This document shows positions 30,947 to 40,307 of a stretch of DNA of 64,000 nucleotides, piece after piece (the first letter of the stretch is position 1; each line of letters starts with the position of its first letter). Made by a program: the position numbers and the translations under genes. The stretch spans positions 42,816 through 106,815 of the forward strand of contig CACXMS010000003.1 of NCBI GenBank assembly GCA_902768795.1. Reading direction: 5' to 3'. Source of the DNA: an uncultured Eubacteriales bacterium (lineage in GTDB: Bacteria > Bacillota > Clostridia > Christensenellales > CAG-138). Under the pieces are notes generated by a model, which saw nothing but the letters and a program-made list of their open reading frames with translations, had not been told where the DNA came from and did not search any database.

Positions 30947-31723
30947 GTGATCCATTCCATGATAACAAACGCATACGATACTCTGTCTCCTGCCAAAATC
31001 AATCCGCACATCAACGAAAACGCTCCCGCGGCGGAGGCCGTGATCTTTACTTTTTCACACGTCATCGAACAATACGTGGTTGAAAACTATGCCTGCGAAA
31101 CCGTCGGAGAATTGCGGATGGCGCACGGCTCGACGCCGGTTTACCGCATCGATTACAACGGCAAAAAATACGGGTTTTCCAAGACCTGGGTCGGTGCGCC
31201 CGCCTGCGCGGCAACGGTGGAGGAAATCCGGGAAATCCTGAACACCCGAAAGATCATCCATTTCGGCGGCGCGGGCTGTCTGAACAAGGAAATCGCCCGG
31301 GGAAAGGTTATGATCCCGACCGAGGCGTACCGGGACGAAGGCACTTCGTATCATTACGCGCCGGCCTCCGACTATATCCGAATCAAAAACGCGCCCGTTG
31401 TGGAAGCGTTCATGAAAGAGAACGGCATCCCGTATGTCCTGGGAAAAACCTGGACGACGGATGCATACTATCGGGAAACGGTCAATCACTTTGAAAAACA
31501 TAAAAAAGACGGCTGTATTTCCGTGGAGATGGAAGGTTCCGCCGTTCAGGCGGTTTGCGACTTCAGAGGGCTTGAAGTCTATATGTTCTTCACCGGCGGC
31601 GATCTACTGGACGCGCCGGAATGGACAATGCGAAAAGAAAAGGATCAGATCCGACACACCCAGCATGACGCCGGACATTTTGAAATCGCTCTTGCGCTTG
31701 CGGCGTATGCGGCAAGCTGGTAA
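30947..31723 (+). CDS. Nucleoside phosphorylase family protein
   Basis: RDEGTSYHY, WTTDAYYRET, VEMEGS. Confidence 0.85.
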   Translation: MIHSMITNAYDTLSPAKINPHINENAPAAEAVIFTFSHVIEQYVVENYACETVGELRMAHGSTPVYRIDYNGKKYGFSKTWVGAPACAATVEEIREILNTRKIIHFGGAGCLNKEIARGKVMIPTEAYRDEGTSYHYAPASDYIRIKNAPVVEAFMKENGIPYVLGKTWTTDAYYRETVNHFEKHKKDGCISVEMEGSAVQAVCDFRGLEVYMFFTGGDLLDAPEWTMRKEKDQIRHTQHDAGHFEIALALAAYAASW

Positions 31724-31831
31724 CACAAGCCGGATGAAGCGCCGGAATCTCTCTCATGCCAGCGAAGGCAGCGGCGGTCTGTCGTTTCTCTTTTCGGTTT
31801 GACGCAATACCGTTCGAAAAAAGGAGACAAT

Positions 31832-32338
31832 ATGCAGCAGGATATGACCGTTCCGTGCGGAAACGGACTGATCAATCTCCGCGTCGGCGCAATCATTCAA
31901 AAAGACGGCCGGATCCTGATGGTCGGCAACCGGAACCGGCCGGATTATCTGTACTCGGTCGGCGGACGGATCCGGTTCGGGGAAACCGCCGAGGAAGCCG
32001 TGGTCCGGGAAGTTTGGGAGGAAACGGGCGTTTCCATGGAGATCGACCGGCTCGGGTTCGTACACGAGAATTATTTTTACGGCGATGCGCCGTCCAATTT
32101 CGGAAAACCGATCTATGAAATTGCATTCTTCTTTTTCATGAAAGTTCCGGAAGAATTTTCCCCGCAAAGCCCGAGCTTTTTCGAGGACGATCAGGAGGAA
32201 TTCCTGCGTTGGGTCGCGCCGGACGATCCGATCCGGTGCTATCCCGCGTTCTTTTGCACCGAGCTGCAGCGTCCGCAGGCGGGCGTCCGGTTTTTCCAAA
32301 CGGACGAGCGCAATCTGTCCGACAGACAAGGAGAATAA
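31832..32338 (+). CDS. NUDIX hydrolase
   Basis: GGRIRFGETAEEAVVREVWEETG Nudix box. Confidence 0.9.
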   Translation: MQQDMTVPCGNGLINLRVGAIIQKDGRILMVGNRNRPDYLYSVGGRIRFGETAEEAVVREVWEETGVSMEIDRLGFVHENYFYGDAPSNFGKPIYEIAFFFFMKVPEEFSPQSPSFFEDDQEEFLRWVAPDDPIRCYPAFFCTELQRPQAGVRFFQTDERNLSDRQGE

Positions 32339-32340
32339 TC

Positions 32341-32802
32341 ATGGATTACGAATCGCTTTGCGCGCAGCTGCAGTCGCTTGCCGAGGCCGAACCGCACTAT
32401 GTTCCGCTGCTTGCGAACGCCGCGGCGCTGCTTTACGACACGCTTCCCGCGTTGAACTGGGCCGGTTTTTATCTGCTCCGGAACGGACGGCTCGTTCTCG
32501 GTCCGTTCTGCGGAAAGGTTGCCTGCATTCATATCCTGCCGGGCAAAGGCGTTTGCGGGATCGCAGCGCAGCGCGGGCAGACGGTCGTCGTGCCAAACGT
32601 GCATCAGTTTCCCGGCCATATCGCCTGCGACAGCGCCTCCAACGCGGAAATCGTGGTGCCGATCCGCTGCGGCGATGCGGTCATCGGCGTGCTCGATCTG
32701 GACAGCCCCGTTTTCGATCGGTTCACGGATGCGGACCGGGCAGGTCTGGAAGCATTTGCAAAGGTGATAGAGGCCAATGCGGATTTCGGAGAAATGCTAT
32801 GA
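32341..32802 (+). CDS. msrC: GAF protein, free methionine-R-sulfoxide reductase
   Basis: NWAGFY, LGPF.GK.AC, GKGVCG, GHIACD, GVLDLDS. Confidence 0.85.
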   Translation: MDYESLCAQLQSLAEAEPHYVPLLANAAALLYDTLPALNWAGFYLLRNGRLVLGPFCGKVACIHILPGKGVCGIAAQRGQTVVVPNVHQFPGHIACDSASNAEIVVPIRCGDAVIGVLDLDSPVFDRFTDADRAGLEAFAKVIEANADFGEML

Positions 32803-33302
32803 GCGCGGCCTACTTTGCGGGCGGATGCTTTTGGTGCATCACCCCCGTCTTTCGGGAACAAAAGGGCGTGCTGTCCGTGACCGCGGGCTATGCGGGCGGA
32901 AACGAACCGAACCCGACGTATGAGGCCGTGAAGCACGGCCTGACGCATCACCGGGAAACGATCCGCGTCGAGTACGATCCCGACCGGATCCCGTATTCCG
33001 CGCTGCTGGACCTGTATCTTTGGAGCGTCGATCCGTACGACGGCGGCGGTCAGTTTATCGATCGCGGCGCCTCCTATACGCTTGCAATTTACTGGACGGA
33101 TCAGGCGCAATACCGGCAGGCGAAAGACGCCCTGAACGCGCTTTCAGACGCCGATCCACGGCCCGTCTGTATTGCTTTGGAACCGTTCCGATCGTTTTAT
33201 CCCGCCGAAGAAGCGCACCAGAATTACGATCTGAAGCATCCCTCGGAATTTGCGCGGGAACTGGCGATCTCCGGCAGAAGTGACCGAAAAAAAGAGCGCT
33301 GA
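32799..33302 (+). CDS. msrA: Peptide methionine-S-sulfoxide reductase
   Basis: FAGGCFWC, GYAGG..PTY, GQF.DRG..Y, FYPAEE.HQ.Y. Confidence 0.92.
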   Translation: MSAAYFAGGCFWCITPVFREQKGVLSVTAGYAGGNEPNPTYEAVKHGLTHHRETIRVEYDPDRIPYSALLDLYLWSVDPYDGGGQFIDRGASYTLAIYWTDQAQYRQAKDALNALSDADPRPVCIALEPFRSFYPAEEAHQNYDLKHPSEFARELAISGRSDRKKER

Positions 33303-33338
33303 ATACAAAGCGCTCTTTTGATTTCATCCGGAATCCGG

Positions 33339-33752
33339 TTACGGCTGCTTCAGTACGGATTTTGCAAATGCTGCGGCGGCGGCGACGTCGGCTTCATTCG
33401 GACGGCCCTTGTTGGCAAATAAAAACTTGCCGAGGCAAACAAATTCCACTTCACAAAGCGGGATCTGCAGAGCGTCGAGCAGCGGCTTGAGTTTTGGATA
33501 GGTCGATTTCCCCGAAGCCGATGTGCCGAACAGCGCCACCTTTCCGATGCGATCCGCGTTTCGCTTCAGAAACGCGCCGACGGACGGTTCATAGGTGAAC
33601 TTATAGAGAGAGCTTCCGAGAAACAGAAGCTCCACGGGTTCGGTCAGATCCGTTCCGACCGTTTCGGGCCGTACCTCCGCCTCCTTTGCAATCGCATCCG
33701 CAATCTTTTCGGTGTTTCCGGACCGGGAATAATATCGAACCGCTGTTTTCAT
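33339..33752 (-). CDS. Flavodoxin-like protein
   Basis: YYSRSGNTEKIA, GRPNEAD. Confidence 0.85.
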   Translation of the reverse strand: MKTAVRYYSRSGNTEKIADAIAKEAEVRPETVGTDLTEPVELLFLGSSLYKFTYEPSVGAFLKRNADRIGKVALFGTSASGKSTYPKLKPLLDALQIPLCEVEFVCLGKFLFANKGRPNEADVAAAAAFAKSVLKQP

Positions 33753-33894
33753 GTGAACCTCCCGTTTCGCCGCGTTCTTCATAGCGCCGTTTTTCTTCTA
33801 TTGTAAACGGGTTCTTCCGGCGGCGCAAGCGCTTCGGGCAATCTTCACAGATTTGCTCCATTTCAGAATTCTCACCGTTGGTGAGAAACATACG

Positions 33895-34716
33895 TCACTT
33901 TCCCCGGCAAACGCCGTTTGCATCGACCTTGCGCTCTCCCTCGGGAAGCAGTTCCGGCACGGTGACGAACGTGTAGCCGTCGGCCTGCGCTTTTTCAATC
34001 AGCTTCGGCAGATACGTCTCGATGTGATATCCGTTGTTGTGCGACAGGATGATGCTGCCCGGCTTTATTTTGGAAAGCACCGTTTTCAGAATCGCTTCTT
34101 CCGAGCGGCCCTCCTTCCAGTCGATGCTGTCGGCGTCCCACTGAACGATCTCATACCCGAGACGGCGCACCGTATTGACGACAAGATCGTTGTACTCCCC
34201 GAACGGCGCCCGGAAAAGCGTCGTATGCGTTCCCGTCAGCGCGGCAACCGCCTCGTCCAGCTCGACGATCTCCTTTTCAATCTCCTGCTCCGTCAGCCGG
34301 TTCATGTGCGGGTGCGTCATGGAATGATTCCCGATCACATGCCCGCGCGAAGCGATTGCCTGAACGGTATCCGGATACGCCTTGACCCATACGCCGCACA
34401 GGAAGAACGTCGCCCTGACGTTGTATTGATCCAGAATATCCAGGATCTTTTCGGTTTTGTCCGCGTCCCACGCCGCATCGATCGTCAGGGCGATCGCTTT
34501 GTCCTCACGGCTCACCGAGTAAACCGGTACCTCCTTTGCCGTGTAAGGGATCATCTGCAGCTCGTAGTTTTCGACGGTCGCCATGGTCGGTACGGACGAC
34601 GGCGCCGCCTCCCCCTTGGTCAGCATCACGACGCCGATCACAATTCCCGCGATCAGCAGCACGCCGATGACGGCGCCTGCGATCACTTTCTTTTTCGATA
34701 AAACGATTACGTGCAT
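33895..34716 (-). CDS. Polysaccharide deacetylase (PdaB-like sporulation type)
   Basis: N-terminal TM, ALTIDAAW, ATFF, GNHSMTH, FRAPFG, DSIDW. Confidence 0.88.
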   Translation of the reverse strand: MHVIVLSKKKVIAGAVIGVLLIAGIVIGVVMLTKGEAAPSSVPTMATVENYELQMIPYTAKEVPVYSVSREDKAIALTIDAAWDADKTEKILDILDQYNVRATFFLCGVWVKAYPDTVQAIASRGHVIGNHSMTHPHMNRLTEQEIEKEIVELDEAVAALTGTHTTLFRAPFGEYNDLVVNTVRRLGYEIVQWDADSIDWKEGRSEEAILKTVLSKIKPGSIILSHNNGYHIETYLPKLIEKAQADGYTFVTVPELLPEGERKVDANGVCRGK

Positions 34717-34742
34717 ACGTTTTCACCTCCGCGCTTTGCTTC

Positions 34743-34771
34743 AATTTATGCGGAGCACCGGACCGGTATGC
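34743..34771 (-). promoter_or_regulatory. sigmaE-type promoter of PdaB-like gene
   Basis: GCATACC-14-CATAAATT on minus strand. Confidence 0.6.
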
Positions 34772-34862
34772 AAAAAGCAAACGTTTTGTGAAACGGCCCG
34801 GGCAGGATTGCACATTCGCGGAAAAGCTGTTATAATACAGAAAAAGCAAGGAGGAATTCTTT

Positions 34863-35060
34863 ATGGCAACCGTAGATGAACTTGTTCAGCAATATCAGAC
34901 CGACCCCGCCCTGCAGGCCGAGGTGAAAGAAATCCTGGCGGACGGAAAGGTTACGATGCAGGAGTTTCTGACCTTCGCAAAGAAGCACAATGTCAACATT
35001 TCCTTGACCGATATTCCCAAATACATGGAGCAGGCAAAGCAGCTCGGCTTCATCAAATAA
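34863..35060 (+). CDS. Small 65-aa protein (Nif11-leader-like)
   Basis: TTGCAC-17-TATAAT promoter at 34808-34836, AAGGAGG RBS. Confidence 0.75.
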   Translation: MATVDELVQQYQTDPALQAEVKEILADGKVTMQEFLTFAKKHNVNISLTDIPKYMEQAKQLGFIK

Positions 35061-35072
35061 TCGATGCAGGAC

Positions 35073-35264
35073 AAGGGGCTGTCGCAAAGGCGGCAGACCA
35101 TTTTCGGCAGAATCAGAAACAGTATTCCGGTAAGAAAAAGGCGAAAGTTTTCGCCTTTTCTTTTGTCATTTGCCGATAATTAACCGGTTTTTCGCCCTCG
35201 GCGTAGCGTCAGTACATCCTTCGGGTAAAAAACCGGTTTCTGCCATCCTTATCAGCAGCCCCTT
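35073..35264. mobile_element. MITE-like element
   Basis: Imperfect terminal IRs aaggggctg..aagg..ggcaga / tctgcc..cctt..cagcccctt; internal hairpins; no credible gene. Confidence 0.55.
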
Positions 35265-35309
35265 TCAATGTGTCAAAGAGTTTTGAAATAACCCCATTTA
35301 ACCTGACGT

Positions 35310-37478
35310 TTAATTGAAATTGACCTTGATTTCGTTGATCTTGCTGTTGTTCCAGAACATGTATGCCCAGGCCGAGCTCCTGCCGACATCGGTAGGCGCG
35401 CATGGATTGGTGAAATTCGCAACCTTGGTGTATCCGAAGATTTTCGCAACCTCAATCGCAAGATTCTGCACCTCTTCGAGCTTATCCAGCAGCGCGGCCG
35501 ATGTGGAACGCAGCGAATTGTTCTTGCCGTTCCTGGCTTTCTTCGCTTCGGTATCGGCCGATTTCTTGGCCTTCGTCAACTCCTTCACCGCCGTCTTGAA
35601 TGCGTCGAACTTGGCGCGCTGTTCCGGCGTGTACTTGCGCGTCTGATCCGTCATCCATCGGACGCCGGGTGCCGGATTGGTTTCGGGCTCCTGCGCGGAA
35701 TTCTCTTCGGGCGCGGGATCCGGTTCCGACACGGGTTCGGACGGCTGCTCCGGCGGCTGCTCCGGCGCCGGGCCGATGTAGGTCGCGGTGACCGTAAAGC
35801 CCGCGGAAGCCGAACCGTCTACACGGAACGAGTAGAGATCCTTGACTTTCTGATACGCTTTTTCATTCTTGTCAATTTCAACGGAATAAGCGATTTCTCC
35901 GTTGTCGTCGGTCTTCGGGCGACCGCGGAATTTGATCTCCCACTTGCCGTTGCCGTCGTCCTTGATCGACCCCTTCCAGGACGTTGCGTTCCCGTTCGCC
36001 ATCAGTTTGACCGGAACCTCCGTCGGGCGCTTGCCCGCGGAGTTGCTGCTGTCGTCCCACTTCACCTTCACGGCGATATCGACCGTTTCGGCAGCGGGCG
36101 GATCCGTCGGCGCGGTCGTCGGATTCTCTGTCGGCTCATCGGGTTTCGGCGTCGAGGGCGCTGCGGTCGGATCGGCGCTTGCCGTTCCGTCCGGCAGCTT
36201 ATCGTCCTCGTCGATCAGATTCTGCACATATTTCTGCAGCGGCGTGCACAAATTCACATACCGGTCATAGAGCATGGTTCCCCAGCGATACCGGCCGTAA
36301 TTGAGCGAATACTGCGGATACTGCGGCACATCCACGCCATAAACCTTTTTGATCACGTCCACGCGGTTCGCCTGATCCGTGAACAGGAAGTTCCAATGGA
36401 ACAAGGTGGTCGTCGTGCCGCTCATCGAATACAGGCCGATGTTTTCCCGGTCGAGATTGTAGGCAAACGTCGCAAGCGCCGCCGTCTGCGCCGGCGTGCA
36501 GTTCGTATACAGCTCGCCCTTGAACGCATCGAGGATGTCCGGGATCCTGACGATCAGGTTGTCCTTTTTCAACTGATCGAAGAACGCAACCAGAATTCTT
36601 TTCTGACGGTTCACGCGGTTCCAGTCGCCGACGTCATCTGAAGACAGTCCGTTCCCCGCTTTGCGGACACGGCAGTAATCGAGCACCGCCTGCCCGTCCA
36701 TGTGCTGAAATCCCTTCGTGTACGAACGGCCCTGGATACGGTAGGTCAGGTCGAGGTCGTAATCGAGGCCGCCGAACGCATCGACAAGCTGCTTGAGCGA
36801 CGTCATGGTGACGGCGTAATAGTATTCCACGGGAATCCCGCCGAGCATCCACTCCGCCGTTTCGCAGACCTTTTCCAGCCCGCCGGGGTTGAATTCTCCG
36901 TTTTCATCATACAGGCCGCCGCCGCAGTTGATCGCGGCGTTCATTTTATAAATGCCCTTGACGCCCGGGATTGCGGCGTACGTATCGCGCGGAAGCGAAA
37001 TCAGATCAGCGCGGTTTTCGGCAAAGTTGACCGACAGCACAATCATCACGTCGGAGTGCCATTCCTTTTTTCCGCTCCACGTCAGCCGTTCCTCGGAAAT
37101 ATCCACACCGACCAGCAGGATATTCACGATATCCTGATTCAGCATATCCGGATCCGCAAGACTTTGCAGATGCTCGTACGGCATCGGCGTCGGCGTGATC
37201 TCCGGCGTCGCCGTTGCGTCCTGCTCCGGCGCAGCGGTTTCCTCCTGCTGCGGCGCCGCCGTCGGCGTCGGCGTTACGACGCGGATCAACGGATCGTCGG
37301 TCTGAACGGGCTGTACCTCCGCTCTTTTTGCGGTGCAGGTTCCTGCGTTTCGGAAATCATCGCCCGTTCCGCCGAACAGAAATGTCGTCACCGGCGTAAG
37401 CAAAAGCGCAAGCACGATGCCGATCACAACGATCGCCACGGCGACGATTCCGATGATCATCAGTTTTTTTCTGGACAA
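35310..37478 (-). CDS. LCP (LytR-CpsA-Psr) family protein with Cna B-type domain
   Basis: TM, NILLVGVD, SDVMIV, SLPRDTY, RVNRQK; V.VKWDDSSN..GKRPTEV.V.L.ANG repeat; TTG start after AAAGGAGG. Confidence 0.85.
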   Translation of the reverse strand: MSRKKLMIIGIVAVAIVVIGIVLALLLTPVTTFLFGGTGDDFRNAGTCTAKRAEVQPVQTDDPLIRVVTPTPTAAPQQEETAAPEQDATATPEITPTPMPYEHLQSLADPDMLNQDIVNILLVGVDISEERLTWSGKKEWHSDVMIVLSVNFAENRADLISLPRDTYAAIPGVKGIYKMNAAINCGGGLYDENGEFNPGGLEKVCETAEWMLGGIPVEYYYAVTMTSLKQLVDAFGGLDYDLDLTYRIQGRSYTKGFQHMDGQAVLDYCRVRKAGNGLSSDDVGDWNRVNRQKRILVAFFDQLKKDNLIVRIPDILDAFKGELYTNCTPAQTAALATFAYNLDRENIGLYSMSGTTTTLFHWNFLFTDQANRVDVIKKVYGVDVPQYPQYSLNYGRYRWGTMLYDRYVNLCTPLQKYVQNLIDEDDKLPDGTASADPTAAPSTPKPDEPTENPTTAPTDPPAAETVDIAVKVKWDDSSNSAGKRPTEVPVKLMANGNATSWKGSIKDDGNGKWEIKFRGRPKTDDNGEIAYSVEIDKNEKAYQKVKDLYSFRVDGSASAGFTVTATYIGPAPEQPPEQPSEPVSEPDPAPEENSAQEPETNPAPGVRWMTDQTRKYTPEQRAKFDAFKTAVKELTKAKKSADTEAKKARNGKNNSLRSTSAALLDKLEEVQNLAIEVAKIFGYTKVANFTNPCAPTDVGRSSAWAYMFWNNSKINEIKVNFN

Positions 37479-37744
37479 GACGAAAATCCTCCTTTTCGCA
37501 GGATCATTTTCCGATTGGGATGCATATAGTTTACTCTTAAACCGTCCAAAATTCCACACGCTTATGAATTTGTAACAAAGGATTTACAAAAATGACGAAT
37601 TTCGGCGGGCGAATTGTGTTGAAATTGTCAATTATTTTGCGATCGATGATTTTTTACTTCCAAATTCAAAAAAGTATGCTATACTATACTGGATTGAATC
37701 CATCCTGAAAATGGGAATATGTGGTTTCTTTATCGGAGGTTCTC

Positions 37745-38926
37745 ATGATTGTAGTGATTCCGGCTTATGAACCGGATGAACAGCTGCTCGGCGTTGTAAA
37801 CGGGTTTCGTTCGCGCGTCGCGCAGTATCCGATCGTCGTTGTTGACGACGGAAGCAAAGCGGAATGCAAGCCGATCTTTGACGCGCTCGAACAAACGGAG
37901 GGCGTTACCGTGCTGCATCATCCGCAAAACCGCGGCAAGGGAGCTGCGCTGAAAACGGCTTTTGCATATATCGGAGAAAACTATCCTGCTTCGGAAGGCA
38001 TTCTGACGGTCGACGCCGACGGTCAGCATCTTTTGCACGACTGTCTGAAGGTGTGCGCGGCCTTTGCGACGCATTCGGATCTGTTGATTACGGGGTCGCG
38101 TCGGTTCAAGGGCAAGGTTCCGCTTCGGAGCCGTCTCGGAAACGGCGTCACGCGCGGCGTTTTTCATCTGACGACCGGCAAGCGCGTCTACGATACGCAG
38201 ACCGGCCTTCGCGCCTTTTCCGTCAGCCGGGTTCCCGAGATGCTTGCGCTGAAGGGCGACCGTTATGAATACGAAATCCATCAGCTGTTGCACTGCTGCA
38301 CGAAGAGCACCGGCGTTTATGAAGTCCCGATCGAAACGGTCTATCTGAACGAAAACACTTCGTCGCACTTCGACACGCTGCGTGACTCCGTAAAGATTTA
38401 TAAGGTCATTCTGAAATTTCTCGGCCCGACGTTTTTGAAGTTCATGTCGACGTCTTTTGCCAGCTTTCTGATTGATTTTCTGAGTTTCTGTCTGATCTTT
38501 TACGGCGCCGTCGCGATTTTTGCCGGTCCCGAAACGGCCGTTTCCATGTTTTCATTCAACCGCAGCGTCGACGAAACCTGGGCGTCGGTTCTGCTCGCCG
38601 CCAACCCGATCGTCTTTGTCGGCGGCGGTTCGGTTCTGCGGATCGTTTCCCTTGTTTTGGCGCGTGTCGTTTCCGGGTTCTGCAATTACCTTCTGAACCG
38701 TCGATTCGTATTTGAAGGCGTCCGGAAAGACCGCAATTTCGTCAAGTATGCGCTTGTTGCCGGGACGGTCCTTCTGCTGAACTGGGGCTTTATTGAACTG
38801 TTCACGCGCATCGGCGTACCGGTCTGGCTTGCAAACATCCTTGCACAGACCATCTGCTATCCGCTTTCATTCCTGATGCAGCGCATCTTTGTGTTTAAGA
38901 AAAGAAAGGAACTTTTGAATGGCTAA
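37745..38926 (+). CDS. Bifunctional GT2 glycosyltransferase / GtrA protein
   Basis: VIPAYEP, VDDGS, NRGKGAALK, DADGQH, DTQTGLR; C-terminal TM GtrA region. Confidence 0.9.
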   Translation: MIVVIPAYEPDEQLLGVVNGFRSRVAQYPIVVVDDGSKAECKPIFDALEQTEGVTVLHHPQNRGKGAALKTAFAYIGENYPASEGILTVDADGQHLLHDCLKVCAAFATHSDLLITGSRRFKGKVPLRSRLGNGVTRGVFHLTTGKRVYDTQTGLRAFSVSRVPEMLALKGDRYEYEIHQLLHCCTKSTGVYEVPIETVYLNENTSSHFDTLRDSVKIYKVILKFLGPTFLKFMSTSFASFLIDFLSFCLIFYGAVAIFAGPETAVSMFSFNRSVDETWASVLLAANPIVFVGGGSVLRIVSLVLARVVSGFCNYLLNRRFVFEGVRKDRNFVKYALVAGTVLLLNWGFIELFTRIGVPVWLANILAQTICYPLSFLMQRIFVFKKRKELLNG

Positions 38927-40301
38927 AAAAGATTCATACCGGGTTCTCCGCGTCATCGCCTGCATTCTTGCAAACGCGACCGGAATTCTGGCCGCCAATT
39001 ATATTACGTTCTACATTCTCGATCACTTCAACCCGGGAATGCACTTCGTCATGTATTCGACTTTCCCGCTGACGCAGTATCTGCATTGGATCATCGCCGC
39101 GCTTGCCGTGCTTTCCGGAATGCTGTATCTGCTGCTCTTCAACGTTGATGCGTTCAAGCGGCATAAATTCAACCTGAAGCGGCTCATTCTGATCCTTGTT
39201 CTCGATATTCTTCTTGCAGGCGCGTTTGCCATGACCGTCAACACCCATGCGTTCGACTGGCTGCACCTGCGCGACATTCAAAAAGAAAACCTTGTCGCCG
39301 TCGCTACGCTGACGCCCACGCCCGAGCCGACGGCTGCGCCCACCGCCGAGCCCACTGCGGCGCCGGAGCTTACGCCCGCGCCCGACGGCTCCACGCCGGT
39401 TCCGACCGAGGAACCGACCGCGACGCCCGAACCCACCGCAACGCCGATTCCGGGTCTTCTCGGCGACCGCTACGCGGACAAGTTTACGGACGGAACGGTT
39501 GTGACCGCAGAACCGAAAACAAAGGAAACGCTGGACGACGGTACGGTGAAAACGCTTCTGTACACGTATGCGAGCGACAGCGTGGTGATCGAGATCAACC
39601 ACTATAAGCTGAAAAAGCTCGAATACCAGATCGCCGATATCTATGTGCGCGACATCAAATCGCTTTGGGCGGACTATTCCTCCGGCTCCGGCGATACCCG
39701 CATGGCCTCCGATTTCGGTCGTGAGCTTGGCGCGCTGGTTTGCGTAAACAGCGATTATTTCATCAACAACGCCACGAATGAAGGACTTGTCATCCGAAAC
39801 GGATTCGTTCTCCGGAACAACCCGTGCGTCAACGCGGATCTCTGCGTCATCTTCCAGAACGGCGAGATGCGCTGCTACGAAGCGAAGAAGGATAAAGTGG
39901 ACAACGACGAAATTCTCGCGCAGTATCCGTTCCATTCCTTCTATTTCGGGCCGTCGCTGCTGGATGCGGAGGGCAACGCAAAGACCGAATTCGCTTCTCC
40001 GCAGAACATCAACGGCGCAAACCCGCGTACGGCGATCGGTTATTATGAACCCGGTCATTACGCATTCCTGTGCGTGCTCGGAACCCGTTCGATGCACTCG
40101 CTTTCCGGCAAGAATCTCGGCAACGGTTCCTCCCCCGGCCTGAAGATGGCGGAGCTTTCGGAGCTTTGCGCGAAGCTCGGCATGAAGTCCGCTTACAACC
40201 TGGACGGCGGCGGTTCCTCGAGCATGTATTGGAACAAGAATCTTTTCGGCCACAATTCCCGCGCGACCAGCGATATTATCGCGGTCGTCGATCAGAAATA
40301 A
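38919..40301 (+). CDS. Phosphodiester glycosidase (NAGPA/DUF2233) membrane protein
   Basis: 3 TM, PT-rich linker, VNSDY, FGP.L, NPRTAIG, AYNLDGGGSS. Confidence 0.87.
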   Translation: MAKKDSYRVLRVIACILANATGILAANYITFYILDHFNPGMHFVMYSTFPLTQYLHWIIAALAVLSGMLYLLLFNVDAFKRHKFNLKRLILILVLDILLAGAFAMTVNTHAFDWLHLRDIQKENLVAVATLTPTPEPTAAPTAEPTAAPELTPAPDGSTPVPTEEPTATPEPTATPIPGLLGDRYADKFTDGTVVTAEPKTKETLDDGTVKTLLYTYASDSVVIEINHYKLKKLEYQIADIYVRDIKSLWADYSSGSGDTRMASDFGRELGALVCVNSDYFINNATNEGLVIRNGFVLRNNPCVNADLCVIFQNGEMRCYEAKKDKVDNDEILAQYPFHSFYFGPSLLDAEGNAKTEFASPQNINGANPRTAIGYYEPGHYAFLCVLGTRSMHSLSGKNLGNGSSPGLKMAELSELCAKLGMKSAYNLDGGGSSSMYWNKNLFGHNSRATSDIIAVVDQK

Positions 40302-40307
40302 GGAGGT

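Noticed and set aside
39300-39450. Repetitive ccgac/acgcc DNA (also near 35690-35770, 36090-36180, 37185-37280)
   Set aside because: Encodes Pro/Thr/Glu linkers of surface proteins; not an independent repeat element
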